NCBI GenBank assembly: GCA_022560735.1
Contig: JADFSO010000013.1
Coordinates: 4,851-68,850 of the forward strand
DNA length: 64,000 nt
Source: Pseudomonadota bacterium
GTDB taxonomy: Bacteria; Pseudomonadota; Gammaproteobacteria; Steroidobacterales; MnTg04
Direction: 5' to 3'
A model generated the notes under the pieces. It was not told where the DNA came from. It was given only the letters and a program-made list of their open reading frames with translations, and did not search any database. Positions 40,637-51,253 of the stretch are shown in pieces; the first letter of the stretch is position 1, and each line of letters opens with the position of its first letter. The translations under genes were made by a program, and so were the position numbers.

Positions 40637-41947
40637 CTAGGGCGCGTTCCTCAGGCCGGCCCTGGCTTTGGCCGCATCGCGGCGATCCGCGACATAGGAC
40701 TTCCATCCCTTTGCCTGCTGTCGAATATTGCGTTTGCAACTCGATCTCGACGCCCGATCGAGCGATGCGTCGGCGGTCGAATACCGGTCCAACTCCGCGT
40801 TGGCAACGCCCTTCATCAGGTGAGCCGAGCAAATCTCTTTCAGACCGCCTTTGTCAATCGCCTCGTCGGCGGCGCTGACGACTTCCCGCCAGTTGGCCTT
40901 TTCCATGAACAACTGCGCTTTCTGGTAATAGAATTCGCCGGTATCGCTCATCGGGCCCAGCCGGTCGATGACCGAAATTGCCTTGTCAAACTCGCGCGCG
41001 GCGGTCCAGGCGCCCAGCAGCATTTTCAGTCTCTTCTGGGTCCCCTGTATCCGACCGCGATTGATTTCCGTATCCAGGATCGTACCGGCCATAAAGGGGT
41101 TTTCCAGGAACAGGTTCATGCGCACCAGGTTTACCAGGCGTTCTTCTTTTTCCAGCAAGCCTTTCTGGTAAGCCAGCATCATCGTGGCCAGCGCGTTGCC
41201 ATCCTGCCTGAGTTCCTGATAGGCGCCGGCCAGCATTTCCCAGTAACGAGCTTTGTCCGGCCAGTAGCGAATGACAATTTTCAATATATTGGCGGCATTT
41301 TGAAATTCAGAAATCTCATAAAAAATCGCCAGTTCAAGCTGGTACCAGCTTTCCACCGGTTTTTCCGGCTGCGATTCGATCGCCTGTTTTATCCAGGGCA
41401 AGGCTTCCCGATATTTTGGCAGCTGCGCGTAAGAAGAACCGATCAGTACCAGCGCAGCGCCCGGCGGCTGTTTCTCGATACACAGCCATTTCATCATCAT
41501 GTCGATGGTGTCCTGGTACCGGCCCTGCGACGCGTACAGGCTGGCCAGCGAATACATCATGCCCTTTTGTGCCGATGCCGGCAGCGCGTCCAGGGCAATC
41601 GCTTTTTCAAAGTGCGGAATTGCGCGCTGGTAATTTTCCTTGCCGCCCCTTTGCGCGAGAATGAACCCGAAGGTCTGCTCGATCTGAGATTGCTCGTAAG
41701 GGGTGAAACCACCCTTCGCCGCGAGGAATTCGAGCTTTTGCATCGCTTCGTCGAGTTTGCTGTTGCCCAGAAATTCGTGCACCACGGTCAACCGCCGGTA
41801 GGTGCGCTCATCCATCGCGGTCTGCCGGGGTTTGCGTTCCTCGTCCGGACAGGAATATTCCCTGGCCAGCGCAGGCGTGCTGTTCAGCATCAGGTAGGCG
41901 GCGACAAAAACCGTCAGCCACCGGAAACTCGCCGGTCTGCCCTTCAT
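40637..41947 (-). CDS. TPR-repeat protein, last gene of the TonB2-type operon (TtpD-like)
   Basis: 436 aa with signal peptide ...LMLNSTPALA and TPR repeats throughout. Start overlaps the tonB stop (ATGA). Confidence 0.8.
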   Translation of the reverse strand: MKGRPASFRWLTVFVAAYLMLNSTPALAREYSCPDEERKPRQTAMDERTYRRLTVVHEFLGNSKLDEAMQKLEFLAAKGGFTPYEQSQIEQTFGFILAQRGGKENYQRAIPHFEKAIALDALPASAQKGMMYSLASLYASQGRYQDTIDMMMKWLCIEKQPPGAALVLIGSSYAQLPKYREALPWIKQAIESQPEKPVESWYQLELAIFYEISEFQNAANILKIVIRYWPDKARYWEMLAGAYQELRQDGNALATMMLAYQKGLLEKEERLVNLVRMNLFLENPFMAGTILDTEINRGRIQGTQKRLKMLLGAWTAAREFDKAISVIDRLGPMSDTGEFYYQKAQLFMEKANWREVVSAADEAIDKGGLKEICSAHLMKGVANAELDRYSTADASLDRASRSSCKRNIRQQAKGWKSYVADRRDAAKARAGLRNAP

Positions 41948-42573
41948 TCCTCCGGCTCCATGTTGAACGCGATGGTCTGGCTGGCGCGACGCTGCACCGC
42001 CACACCATCGATGATGCGGGGTTTGAATTTCCAGCGATAAATAGCGCGCAGGGCCGCCCGATTGAAGATTCGCCTCGGTTCCGATCTGATCACTTCGGCA
42101 TTGGCAACCGTGCCGTCTTCCATAATCGTAAACTCGATCTCCACAAAGCCTTCGGTACCCGTCATCAGCGCCTCACGCGGATACTGCGGATTGATCCGGA
42201 CGATCGGAATCACATCGCCATCGGAGCTTATGTCACCCGGATTCCAGGCGCCAAGAAACGGCCCGCCGCCCGCACCGAGGGAAATGTCTATATTCGGGGT
42301 TTCCATGCGCATCTGTGTCGGTGGCGGCTTGTCCTGCTTGGCTACCTTCAGTTTGGGTGGCGGCGGCGGTTTTTTCGGCGGCTCGGGTTCTTTCGGTTTC
42401 TGGCGCTGTTTGATATTGGTGATCTCATCCTGCCGTATTCGAATAAACTCCACGACCTTGCCGCCGCCTTCGTCTTTTGCAAACCCTTTGCCACCCGAGA
42501 TCAGCGTACTCATCAGCAGGAACAGCAACAGCCCCATGACCACGCCAGCGCCTAATGACATGAGGTAGCGCAT
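41944..42573 (-). CDS. tonB: energy transducer TonB
   Basis: Start set to ATG 42573 (MRYLMSLGAGVVMGLLLFLLMSTLI), 1 nt after the exbD stop. Pro/Lys-rich spacer KPKEPEPPKKPPPPPKLK. C-terminal TonB domain PQYPREALMTGTEGFVEIEFTI... Confidence 0.88.
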   Translation of the reverse strand: MRYLMSLGAGVVMGLLLFLLMSTLISGGKGFAKDEGGGKVVEFIRIRQDEITNIKQRQKPKEPEPPKKPPPPPKLKVAKQDKPPPTQMRMETPNIDISLGAGGGPFLGAWNPGDISSDGDVIPIVRINPQYPREALMTGTEGFVEIEFTIMEDGTVANAEVIRSEPRRIFNRAALRAIYRWKFKPRIIDGVAVQRRASQTIAFNMEPEE

Positions 42574-42574
42574 C

Positions 42575-42982
42575 TCAGTTCCCCGCCTTTTTGGCGGCAA
42601 CCATGATATTGGCGATGCCGCCAAGCCGAACCTGATCCATCAGATCGATCAACATGCCGGTCGAGGCTTTTTCGTCGGCAATGATGATCACGCTGCTTTC
42701 CGGTATCTCGGCAACGGCGGATTCAACCATGGCCCTGATTTGCGCCAGCTCGACCTGGGTTTTGTTCATCCAGACCTGGTCGAACTCGGAGATCGCGATC
42801 AGGATGTTGCCATGCGCATTCGGGATCGCTGTCTCAGCCTCGGGACGATTCGGGTCGATCCCCGTTTCCTTGATAAACGAGGTCGTCACGATGAAGAAAA
42901 TCAACATGATAAACACCACATCGAGCATCGGCGTGATGTTGATCTCGGTCTCTTCTTCCTGGGTTGCGTGTCGTCTTGCCAT
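42575..42982 (-). CDS. exbD: biopolymer transport protein ExbD/TolR (copy 2)
   Basis: 135 aa. EINITPMLDVVFIMLIFFIVTTSF TM motif. Confidence 0.9.
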   Translation of the reverse strand: MARRHATQEEETEINITPMLDVVFIMLIFFIVTTSFIKETGIDPNRPEAETAIPNAHGNILIAISEFDQVWMNKTQVELAQIRAMVESAVAEIPESSVIIIADEKASTGMLIDLMDQVRLGGIANIMVAAKKAGN

Positions 42983-43035
42983 GTCGTTAAGTTTGAGTCC
43001 TCATTTTTTGCCGAGTTCCCCCTATTGCCCGGCGC

Positions 43036-43440
43036 TCAGCGCGCCGCTGCCGCCAGCGAAACCGTTTCCGCGCCGGCCACCCTCGCCTGGTCGATAACCC
43101 GGACCAGCAGACCGGCATCCGATTCGCGGTCTGCGACAATCACCACCGGCGCATCGGCCTTGGCGGCCAGGGCGCTTTCAATATTGGCGCGTACGGCGCG
43201 AATATCGATGGTCCGGCCCTGGATCACGATTTTGCCGGTCTTTTCGATCCGGATAGCGATAACCTCGGATATCTTCTGTTCTTTTTTCGGCTGATTGGAT
43301 GGCCGATTCAGCTCTACCCCTATTTCCGAGACAAAGGAAGTTGTCACGATGAAAAAAATCAGCATGATGAACACCACGTCCAGCATCGGCGTGATATTGA
43401 TCTCGGCTTCTTCTTCGCGGTGGCTTATCTTGCGTCGCAT
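43036..43440 (-). CDS. exbD: biopolymer transport protein ExbD/TolR (copy 1)
   Basis: 134 aa with the identical EINITPMLDVVFIMLIFFIVTTSF motif. Tandem paralogue of the next gene. Confidence 0.9.
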   Translation of the reverse strand: MRRKISHREEEAEINITPMLDVVFIMLIFFIVTTSFVSEIGVELNRPSNQPKKEQKISEVIAIRIEKTGKIVIQGRTIDIRAVRANIESALAAKADAPVVIVADRESDAGLLVRVIDQARVAGAETVSLAAAAR

Positions 43441-43448
43441 GTCTTAAT

Positions 43449-43493
43449 CCCGGTGATGCAATCCCTAGTGATGTAGCCCCTAGTGATGCAGTA
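43449..43493. repeat. three tandem 15-bp units spanning the exbB stop codon
   Basis: The GTGATG cores at 43453, 43468 and 43483 are exactly 15 nt apart. On the minus strand the sequence reads CTGCATCACTAG / GGGCTACATCACTAG / GGATTGCATCACCGG, i.e. LHH-stop, GLHH-stop, GLHHR, all in frame. Confidence 0.8.
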
Positions 43494-44004
43494 ATAAGTC
43501 TTCGGCCCGCTCGATCTCCGCATTCGCCTTGTTTTCGAGGAAAGTAACCAGGTAAACCCCGGACAAGGCGGCAACCAGGCCTGCCATGGTCGGAATGGTC
43601 GCCGCCGATACGCCGCCCGCCATCAGGCGCGCGTTGGAGGTGCCGGCAATTGCCATCACGTCGAAGACCTGGACCATGCCGGTCACTGTCCCCAGCAAAC
43701 CCAGCAACGGCAGCACCGCCATCAGGGTCTTTATCAGCAGCAGGTATTGCTTCGCTTCCAGGGAAACATCCGAAATCAGCATGTCGCGAATACGCCGCGC
43801 ATACCATGAGGTGGTGTCTTCGCGGCCGTCCCATTCCTCCTGGACCCGGCGGACTCTTTTTGGCATCTCGGCGTAGAAATACCAGAGCCGTTCGATGATG
43901 AACGTCCACATCAGGATCGTGACCACGAGGATGGCGTAGAGTACGTCGCCCCCGGCCTCGAAGAAGTCGCGGATCACGTAGAACGGCTCCAGCAACAAAC
44001 TCAT
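43480..44004 (-). CDS. exbB: MotA/TolQ/ExbB proton-channel protein (short ExbB)
   Basis: 174 aa with 3 TM segments and LPLLGLLGTVTGM motif. Confidence 0.9.
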   Translation of the reverse strand: MSLLLEPFYVIRDFFEAGGDVLYAILVVTILMWTFIIERLWYFYAEMPKRVRRVQEEWDGREDTTSWYARRIRDMLISDVSLEAKQYLLLIKTLMAVLPLLGLLGTVTGMVQVFDVMAIAGTSNARLMAGGVSAATIPTMAGLVAALSGVYLVTFLENKANAEIERAEDLLLHH

Positions 44005-45410
44005 TTAAAGGTCTCTTGCTCTGAGTGGCGGGCGATCATCCCGGCGCTTTGTTCTTCGAGTATCTCGACCAGCCCGCGGCTCTTGGCGGCCACCAGGCTA
44101 TACATCAGCACCAGGGGTATGGCGACAACCAGGCCCATCACGGTCGTCATCAGCGCTTGCGAGATACCGCCGGCCATCAGCTTTGGATTGCCGGTGCCAA
44201 ACAAGGTAATCGCCTGAAAAGTTTCGATCATGCCGACGACCGTCCCCAGCAGGCCCATCAGCGGCGCGACTGCGGCCAGCACCTTGATCGTGCCCTGGCG
44301 TTTCTCGAATTTCGGGGTTTCCTTGAGGATCGCCTCGTCGAGCTTGAGTTCCAGGGTCTCGGTGTCGATCTCCTTGTTCTGGTGATAAACAGCAAGGATA
44401 CGGCCCAGCGCATTGTCTTGGTTCGGTTCAGCGCTTTTGAGCTGCCGGCGCACCTTCGTGCTCGCCCCCGACAGGAACAGCCAGCGCTCGATGGAAACCA
44501 GGAAACCGAATATGCCAAGGACAATAATGACATAGCCGACCGTGCCGCCCTGCTCGATGCGTTCGCCAAAGGTCGGTGCATTGATCAGCAGCTTCAGCAG
44601 CGAGCCAAAGCTGGGGTCGACCGCCATCGCGACGTTCCCCGAGGTGGCCTCGAACAAATTCTCCGCCATGTCACGGTAGCGGCCTTTGGGCTGCCGCGGC
44701 AGCACCTTGACGCTCTTGGTTTTCTGCTCATAGGTCAGAAACTCGTCGCCGGTAATCAGGTTGAACACGCCGACCCTGACGACCTCGGCATTGCTGAAGG
44801 TTCCATCCGCGTTGACGATTCGAGTCGAAAAACGCACGACTTTGGCCGATTCGACCATCTCATTGAGCATCAGGACCCGCAGGTCATTCAATTCTTCGAT
44901 CGATGGCAGGCCCTTGATTTGCGCGAGACGGTCAGCCAGCTCTCCGCGATCGGGATATTGTACGGACACCATCGACGCGTCGATTATGCCCTTTACATCG
45001 CCGGCGACCTGGCGGACCACACCAAACATCTCGCCCATGTTGCCGCTTTGAATACGGAAAGTGTCCTGCAAATCCTCGAGCTTGCGTTCATTGTTGTCAA
45101 ACAAGGCCTTGAGCCGGTCAGCCTGACGCTGGGCAGCGTCTCGATCGGCCTTCGCCTGGCGCAACAGGGCGCGCTGGTTGTTGCGTTCGGTCTCAAACCG
45201 GCGCAGGCGTTCCCGGTTCTCCCGGCTCACCTTGGTCGCTTCCTGGCGCGCGGCCTGCAACAATTCAGTCAGCGACGCAGCCGATTCCCGGGCCCTCACT
45301 TCAACCGCCGTTTCCTCGACCGCCGAAGATGCCGTTTCCTGGGCCAGCGCCGATGCACCCGCCAACAGGCCTGCTACCAGGAAAACCGATAATATTTTTA
45401 TGCTGGTCAT
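44001..45410 (-). CDS. long MotA/TolQ/ExbB-family protein (TtpC-like): signal peptide, coiled-coil periplasmic region, C-terminal ExbB domain
   Basis: 469 aa. MTSIKILSVFLVAGLLAGASALA signal peptide, a long charged helical region, and C-terminal APLMGLLGTVVGM with 3 TM. ATGA overlaps at both ends. Confidence 0.85.
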   Translation of the reverse strand: MTSIKILSVFLVAGLLAGASALAQETASSAVEETAVEVRARESAASLTELLQAARQEATKVSRENRERLRRFETERNNQRALLRQAKADRDAAQRQADRLKALFDNNERKLEDLQDTFRIQSGNMGEMFGVVRQVAGDVKGIIDASMVSVQYPDRGELADRLAQIKGLPSIEELNDLRVLMLNEMVESAKVVRFSTRIVNADGTFSNAEVVRVGVFNLITGDEFLTYEQKTKSVKVLPRQPKGRYRDMAENLFEATSGNVAMAVDPSFGSLLKLLINAPTFGERIEQGGTVGYVIIVLGIFGFLVSIERWLFLSGASTKVRRQLKSAEPNQDNALGRILAVYHQNKEIDTETLELKLDEAILKETPKFEKRQGTIKVLAAVAPLMGLLGTVVGMIETFQAITLFGTGNPKLMAGGISQALMTTVMGLVVAIPLVLMYSLVAAKSRGLVEILEEQSAGMIARHSEQETFK

Positions 45411-46201
45411 CGTGCGTTCTCCGGTGCCGGCACGGGCAATTTCAGCAGATCAGGCGCGGCTTGCTTCATGGCAATCCGCAGACCCTCGGAAATGGGCTTG
45501 CGATACTCATCGCCCAGCGCTTCCCACTGGCGGGTATTCTTGTTCCAGAAACCGGTATCCTGCCGATCCGGCGTCTGGTAGGCGAGCAGGATCCTGCCGA
45601 CCCGGAGGAAATTGACCTCACGGACCTCGCCATTGATTTCCAGGCTGTCGACGGTAAATTCGGTGTCCTTGCCGAACGAGGTTTCGATCTGGTAAGCATT
45701 CATGATCTGGCGGAATTTCTCGGATATCGTCAGCTCCGAGCTGTCCATGTTGGTGCGCAGCATATCGATTCGATTCTGACGCTCTTCCAGGTTAAACGGC
45801 ATGTCCAGTTGGATAAACTGGTCCAGCGTTTCGATCATGCTGCCCATCAGCGGGATGATCCCCTGCTCGACCACGACGATGTTTTCCAGCTCGGTGGTAA
45901 TCCGGTCGATCTCGGCCTGCTGACTCTTGACCAGGATCCGCATATGCCCGTTGTAGATCTGGATACGATCCAGTTCCTGGATCGCCAACCGGTAGTCACC
46001 CCGGAGTCCGGTGGTCTGATCGTCCAGTTGCCCGATACGGGTCTGGGTCCGGACAGAGGACTTGTCCGACTGGCGCTGCACATCCAGGGCCCGGCTCAAT
46101 GTGGCTTCCTGCGCGCCCAGCGTACCTGCGACCAGCACAAGCATGGCGGGCAATACCCGGATTCCGCGGACCCGTTGGTGCGCGATCATGGCTTTCAACA
46201 T
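45407..46201 (-). CDS. DUF3450-type periplasmic coiled-coil protein (TtpB-like), first gene of the TonB2-type operon
   Basis: 264 aa with signal-like LPAMLVLVAGTLGAQEA and coiled-coil heptads. The family name is assigned from memory of TonB2 clusters, not from a search. Confidence 0.7.
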   Translation of the reverse strand: MLKAMIAHQRVRGIRVLPAMLVLVAGTLGAQEATLSRALDVQRQSDKSSVRTQTRIGQLDDQTTGLRGDYRLAIQELDRIQIYNGHMRILVKSQQAEIDRITTELENIVVVEQGIIPLMGSMIETLDQFIQLDMPFNLEERQNRIDMLRTNMDSSELTISEKFRQIMNAYQIETSFGKDTEFTVDSLEINGEVREVNFLRVGRILLAYQTPDRQDTGFWNKNTRQWEALGDEYRKPISEGLRIAMKQAAPDLLKLPVPAPENAR

Positions 46202-46314
46202 GTGGTTACCTTCTGTTTTTCTGGTTTGAAAAGGCGATTTTGACTTCGCTCCGCAGCGGCTGAATCTATCAGAAACACCCCCGAAAAAAAAGCAGCGTCT
46301 TCCCTGATAATTGC

Positions 46315-49300
46315 TTACATGCTTCGCCGATACTGGCCACCGACCTGGTAAAGGGCGTGGCTGATCCGGCCCAGAGAACTGATTTTCACCGTTTCCATCA
46401 GGCTGGCGAACACGTTCCCGCCACTCGCCGCGGCGTTTTGCAACTGGTCGAGAGCCGCGTCAAGCAAGGGCGCATTCCGCTCGAGAAACTCGGCGGTATT
46501 TTTCACCTGCGCCTGTTTTTCTTCCTCGGTGGATCTAATCAGCTGATCCGTCGTTTGTTCCCGCGGCTCTTGGTCAGCCCCGAGAAAAGTATTCACACCG
46601 ATCAACGGCAGACTGCCGTCGTGCTTCATGGATTCATAATACAGGCTTTCGTCCTGTATTTTCCCGCGCTGGTACATGCTTTCCATGGCGCCCAATACGC
46701 CGCCACGCTCCGAAATACGCTCGAATTCCCGGTAGACCGCTTCTTCCACCAGGTCGGTGAGCTCGTTGATCGCAAAAGAACCTTGCAGCGGGTTCTCGTT
46801 CTTGTTCAAGCCCAGCTCCTTATTAATAATGAGCTGGATCGCCATCGCCCGGCGAACCGATTCCTCGGTCGGCGTCGTAATGGCTTCATCGTAGGCGTTG
46901 GTGTGCAGGCTGTTGCAGTTGTCAAACAGCGCGTACAGGGCCTGCAGCGTCGTGCGGATATCGTTGAACTGGATTTCCTGCGCGTGCAGGCTGCGCCCCG
47001 AGGTCTGGATGTGATACTTGAGCATCTGGCTGCGCGGCCCGGCGCCGTAAATACCACGCATCGCCCGCGCCCAGATACGCCGGGCCACCCGGCCGATAAC
47101 CGCGTATTCAGGATCCATGCCGTTGCTAAAAAAGAAACTCAGGTTCGGTGCGAAATCATCGATGTTCATGCCCCGGCTCAGGTAATACTCGACCAGGGTA
47201 AAACCGTTGGCCAGCGTAAACGCGAGCTGGCTGATCGGATTGGCGCCCGCCTCGGCGATGTGATAACCGGAAATCGACACGCTATAGAAATTGCGCACGC
47301 GGTTGTCGATGAAATAGGCCTGCACATCGCCCATCATGCGCACCGCAAACTCGGTGGAAAAAATGCAGGTGTTCTGCGCCTGGTCCTCCTTCAGGATATC
47401 GGCCTGAACCGTGCCCCGCGCGTTTTGCAAGGCCTCGGCCCTGAGCTTTTCATAAGTGCCCGCATCGACCAACTGATCGCCACTGATCCCCAGCAAGCCG
47501 AGACCGAAGCCATCGTGTCCGCGTGGCAGCTCACCGGCGTATACCGGCCTTTGCCGGTCCGCATAAAGCGCGGCTATTTTTTTCTGCGCCTCATCGAACA
47601 GACCATGCTCGCGCAAATAGCGTTCGACGTTCTGATCGATCGCGGTGTTCATGAACATCGCCAGCAGCATCGGCGCCGGACCGTTGATCGTCATCGAGAC
47701 CGATGTTGCGGGCGCCAGCAGGTCGATGCCGGAATACAGCTTTTTCATATCGTCCAGGGTGGCGATGGAGACGCCGGAGTTTCCTACCCGTCCATAGATA
47801 TCGGGTCTTAAGTCCGGGTCTTCGCCATACAAGGTCGCCGAATCGAACGCCGTCGAAAGCCTTGTGGCCTCATGCCCCAGGGCCAGGTAATGAAAGCGCC
47901 GGTTGGTTCTTTCGGGCGTTCCTTCGCCGGCAAACATCCGGGTCGGGTCTTCCTGGGTGCGCCGATACGGGTAAACCCCGGCCGTATAGGGATAGAAACC
48001 CGGCAGGTTCTCCTCCATCAGGAAACGCAGGATATCCCCCCAGCCACGGAAATCCGGTGCCGCGATTTTCGGGATCTGGATATGACTGAGGGATTTGCTG
48101 AAATTGCGCCCGCTGACTTCCTTGCCGCGCACCTGGTAGCTGTAAGTTTCCTGCCGCAAGGCTTTTCGCCTGGCCGGCCATTCGCGCAAAAGCCTGAGGC
48201 CATCGGCGCCCACCTTGTCGAGCGCGGCGTTGTAGGCACGGCGCAATTCGCCAATCGAGCGCCGGTCTTTTTGCGCAAGCACGGACTCGCCAAAGACATC
48301 GAGCTCGACCGGCAGGGCTTCGTCCTGCAAGACCTGCAGCGCGCGATAACAAGCCTGGGCCTGGTCCGCCGCGGCCGCGCGCCACGAGATTTCCTCGTGC
48401 GTCGCCCTGCCGCCAGCGGCGATCTCGGCGAGATAACGCGAACGTTCCGGTGGCACGATCGCCTGCTTCCGCAGATCGCCGGTCGGACCCGGATCCTTGC
48501 ACAGCCATTGCCCCGGCTTGCTGCTATCGAGCGCTGCCAGGCGCTTGCAAAGTTCCCGGAACAGGCGGTTGACCCCGGGATCGTTGAACTGGCTGGCGAT
48601 GGTCGGGAAAACCGGGATATCCTCAGCGGCCGTTTTGAACGCCAGCCGGTTGCGTTGCCATTGTTTGCGAATATCGCGCAACGCGTCTTCGGAGCCGCGC
48701 TTTTCAAACTTGTTGAGCACCACCAGGTCGGCGTAATCGAGCATGTCTATTTTTTCGAGTTGGCTGGCGGCGCCGTAATCGCTGGTCATGACATAGGTCG
48801 ACAAATCGACCAGGTCGACGATCTCGGTATCGCTCTGCCCGATGCCGGCGGTCTCGACGACGATCAGGTCAAACCCGGCATAGCGCAATATCTGGACGCT
48901 GTCGGCCAGCACTTCGGAAGTCGCCAGGTGCTGCCGCCTGGTGGCAATCGAGCGCATGAAAACCTGGCCGCCGCTCAGGCTGTTCATGCGAATACGATCG
49001 CCGAGCAAGGCTCCGCCGGTGCGGCGCCGGGTCGGGTCGATGGCCAGGACCGCGATCCTGGCATCCGGGAAATGGCGCAGGAAACGGTTCAACAGCTCAT
49101 CGGTCAGGCTGCTTTTACCCGAACCGCCGGTGCCGGTAATGCCGACGACGGGCGCGTTGTTGGCTGATTTTTTCCAGGTGCGGCGCAAGGCGTCCAGCCT
49201 TTGCGGATCGTCGACGGCTTTTTCCAGCAGCGAAATCGTCCGCGCCACCGCCTGGTGGTCGTCCGGCGACAGCGCGCCGGGCTGGAAATCCTCGGCCTGC

Positions 49301-49758
49301 CATTTGCCGACGCGTCTGCACACATCGTCGATCATTCCATCCAGACCCATTTTCATGCCGTCTTGCGGGCTATAGACCTTTTCCACGCCATAGGCTTCCA
49401 GTTCACGGATTTCCCGGGGCGTGATGGTCCCGCCACCGCCGATGACAATACGCACATGCTCGGCATTTTTTTCGCGCAGCATGTCCACCATGTAACGGAA
49501 GTACTCCATGTGGCCGCCCTGGTACGAGCTGATCGCCACACCATCGACATCCTCCTGGATCGCCGCGTCGACGATATCGGCCACGCTGCGGTTGTGACCG
49601 AGATGGATAACCTCCGCGCCATGCGATTGCAGGAGCCGGCGAATAATATTGATCGCCGCGTCATGGCCATCGAACAAAGAGGCCGCGGTGACAAAACGCA
49701 ACGGCGCCCGCCCGCGGGCTGGCGAAGTATCGCGAAGCTGGTCGGCAACTGTACTCAT
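46315..49758 (-). CDS. icmF: fused isobutyryl-CoA mutase IcmF (B12-binding domain, MeaB-like G-protein, mutase catalytic domain)
   Basis: 1147 aa. N-terminal B12 domain ([19 protein letters not shown]). P-loop [13 protein letters not shown] with NKFE. Large C-terminal acyl-CoA mutase barrel. Confidence 0.93.
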   Translation of the reverse strand: MSTVADQLRDTSPARGRAPLRFVTAASLFDGHDAAINIIRRLLQSHGAEVIHLGHNRSVADIVDAAIQEDVDGVAISSYQGGHMEYFRYMVDMLREKNAEHVRIVIGGGGTITPREIRELEAYGVEKVYSPQDGMKMGLDGMIDDVCRRVGKWQAEDFQPGALSPDDHQAVARTISLLEKAVDDPQRLDALRRTWKKSANNAPVVGITGTGGSGKSSLTDELLNRFLRHFPDARIAVLAIDPTRRRTGGALLGDRIRMNSLSGGQVFMRSIATRRQHLATSEVLADSVQILRYAGFDLIVVETAGIGQSDTEIVDLVDLSTYVMTSDYGAASQLEKIDMLDYADLVVLNKFEKRGSEDALRDIRKQWQRNRLAFKTAAEDIPVFPTIASQFNDPGVNRLFRELCKRLAALDSSKPGQWLCKDPGPTGDLRKQAIVPPERSRYLAEIAAGGRATHEEISWRAAAADQAQACYRALQVLQDEALPVELDVFGESVLAQKDRRSIGELRRAYNAALDKVGADGLRLLREWPARRKALRQETYSYQVRGKEVSGRNFSKSLSHIQIPKIAAPDFRGWGDILRFLMEENLPGFYPYTAGVYPYRRTQEDPTRMFAGEGTPERTNRRFHYLALGHEATRLSTAFDSATLYGEDPDLRPDIYGRVGNSGVSIATLDDMKKLYSGIDLLAPATSVSMTINGPAPMLLAMFMNTAIDQNVERYLREHGLFDEAQKKIAALYADRQRPVYAGELPRGHDGFGLGLLGISGDQLVDAGTYEKLRAEALQNARGTVQADILKEDQAQNTCIFSTEFAVRMMGDVQAYFIDNRVRNFYSVSISGYHIAEAGANPISQLAFTLANGFTLVEYYLSRGMNIDDFAPNLSFFFSNGMDPEYAVIGRVARRIWARAMRGIYGAGPRSQMLKYHIQTSGRSLHAQEIQFNDIRTTLQALYALFDNCNSLHTNAYDEAITTPTEESVRRAMAIQLIINKELGLNKNENPLQGSFAINELTDLVEEAVYREFERISERGGVLGAMESMYQRGKIQDESLYYESMKHDGSLPLIGVNTFLGADQEPREQTTDQLIRSTEEEKQAQVKNTAEFLERNAPLLDAALDQLQNAAASGGNVFASLMETVKISSLGRISHALYQVGGQYRRSM

Positions 49759-50061
49759 TTAAAGAATCCGGCCTTGATACAGGGTCAACAGTTCAGTATA
49801 CCGGGAATCGGCAAAGCCAGGTTTACCGGGAAACAAGGGAATGGTGCGCCGCAGCAACACAAATCTGTAATGCAGTGACGTGCGCGGATGACTATAATAC
49901 CGCCCGCCTCCGGTCGTGCCGCACAGCAGAACCGGAGCGCAACGCGACAGCCGTTCCCATCGATGCCTGGGAACTCACAACAAATTGACTAACCGGGCGG
50001 GCTTTGGTGGCTCAGCAACGCCCTTGCCATCGACCCCAAACTGGTGTGTCAGGAGATGTAA

Positions 50062-51180
50062 ATGGAATTGTTCAAAACCATGGATGAGAGAGAACACGAA
50101 CAAGTCGTGTTTTTTCATTGCAAGCACAGTGGGCTGAAGGCCATCGTCGCGATTCATGACACCACGCTGGGTCCGGCGCTCGGCGGACTTCGCATGTACA
50201 ACTATAAAAGCGAAGAGGAAGCGCTCAGGGATGTATTGCGTCTGTCCCGCAGCATGACTTACAAAGCGGCGGTAGCCGGTCTCAATCTTGGCGGTGGCAA
50301 GGCGGTGCTGATCGGCGACCCGCAGAAAGACAAGAGCGAGTCGTTGTTTCGCGCCCTGGGCCGTTTTATCGGCTCCCTCGGCGGGCGCTATATCACGGCC
50401 GAAGATGTCGGCACCAGCGTCGAGGACATGGACTATATTTACGCCGAGACCGATCGCGTGGTCGGCGTGCATGAAGTCCATGGCGGCAGCGGCGACCCGT
50501 CACGGTTCACCGCCTACGGCACTTTGCAAGGTATCCGCGCCTGCCTGATGAAAAAATACGGGCATGCCGATATCGCAAAAATGAGTTACGCGGTCCAGGG
50601 CGTCGGTCATGTCGGCAGGCACCTGGTGGACATGCTGCGCGAGGAAGGCGCCAAGGTGTTCGTCGCCGATATCAACGACGCCGCGGTACAGGATGTCGTC
50701 AGCGAGCTGGGCGCCGAAGCGGTGCCGCTGGATGATATTTATGACACCGATGCCGACGTTTTCGCGCCGTGCGCGATGGGTGGCGCCATCAACGAAGAAA
50801 CCATCCCGCGTCTGAAATGCAGCATCGTGGCCGGTAGCGCCAACAACCAGCTCGACACCGACGAATGCGGAACGGTGCTTGAGAAAAAAGGCATTCTTTA
50901 TGCCCCGGATTATGCGATCAACGCCGGTGGCCTGATGAATGTTGCGATCGAATTACAAGGCTATGACCGCAAGCGGGCGATCATGATGGTAAAAACGATT
51001 TACCACATCATCGGAAATATTTTCCAGATTGCCGATCGCGACGGAATCCCCAGCTGGCAAGCCGCGGACCGCCTGGCGCAGGAACGGATCAATGCGATTG
51101 CCGCAACCAAGATTCCATACACGAAACGATTCAAGGATCGCCTCGATGGCCGCAAACCGCACACGACCGCGATATCCTGA
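50062..51180 (+). CDS. ldh: leucine dehydrogenase (Glu/Leu/Phe/Val dehydrogenase family)
   Basis: 372 aa. HDTTLGPALGGLRM and LNLGGGKAVLIGDP motifs, plus NAD-binding VQGVGHVG. Confidence 0.9.
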   Translation: MELFKTMDEREHEQVVFFHCKHSGLKAIVAIHDTTLGPALGGLRMYNYKSEEEALRDVLRLSRSMTYKAAVAGLNLGGGKAVLIGDPQKDKSESLFRALGRFIGSLGGRYITAEDVGTSVEDMDYIYAETDRVVGVHEVHGGSGDPSRFTAYGTLQGIRACLMKKYGHADIAKMSYAVQGVGHVGRHLVDMLREEGAKVFVADINDAAVQDVVSELGAEAVPLDDIYDTDADVFAPCAMGGAINEETIPRLKCSIVAGSANNQLDTDECGTVLEKKGILYAPDYAINAGGLMNVAIELQGYDRKRAIMMVKTIYHIIGNIFQIADRDGIPSWQAADRLAQERINAIAATKIPYTKRFKDRLDGRKPHTTAIS

Positions 51181-51253
51181 ACCAAGACCGTGACCCGGAA
51201 AACGGTCGGCGATTGGCCGGCCGTGTTGCGCTAAACAGGAGCATAATAAGCAA

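Noticed and set aside
46296-46314. Possible Fur box (TGATAATTGCTTAC) about 100 nt upstream of the TonB2-type operon
   Set aside because: Only one GATAAT hexamer plus weak flanks match the 19-bp Fur consensus, and it abuts the icmF stop codon. That is not enough to call.
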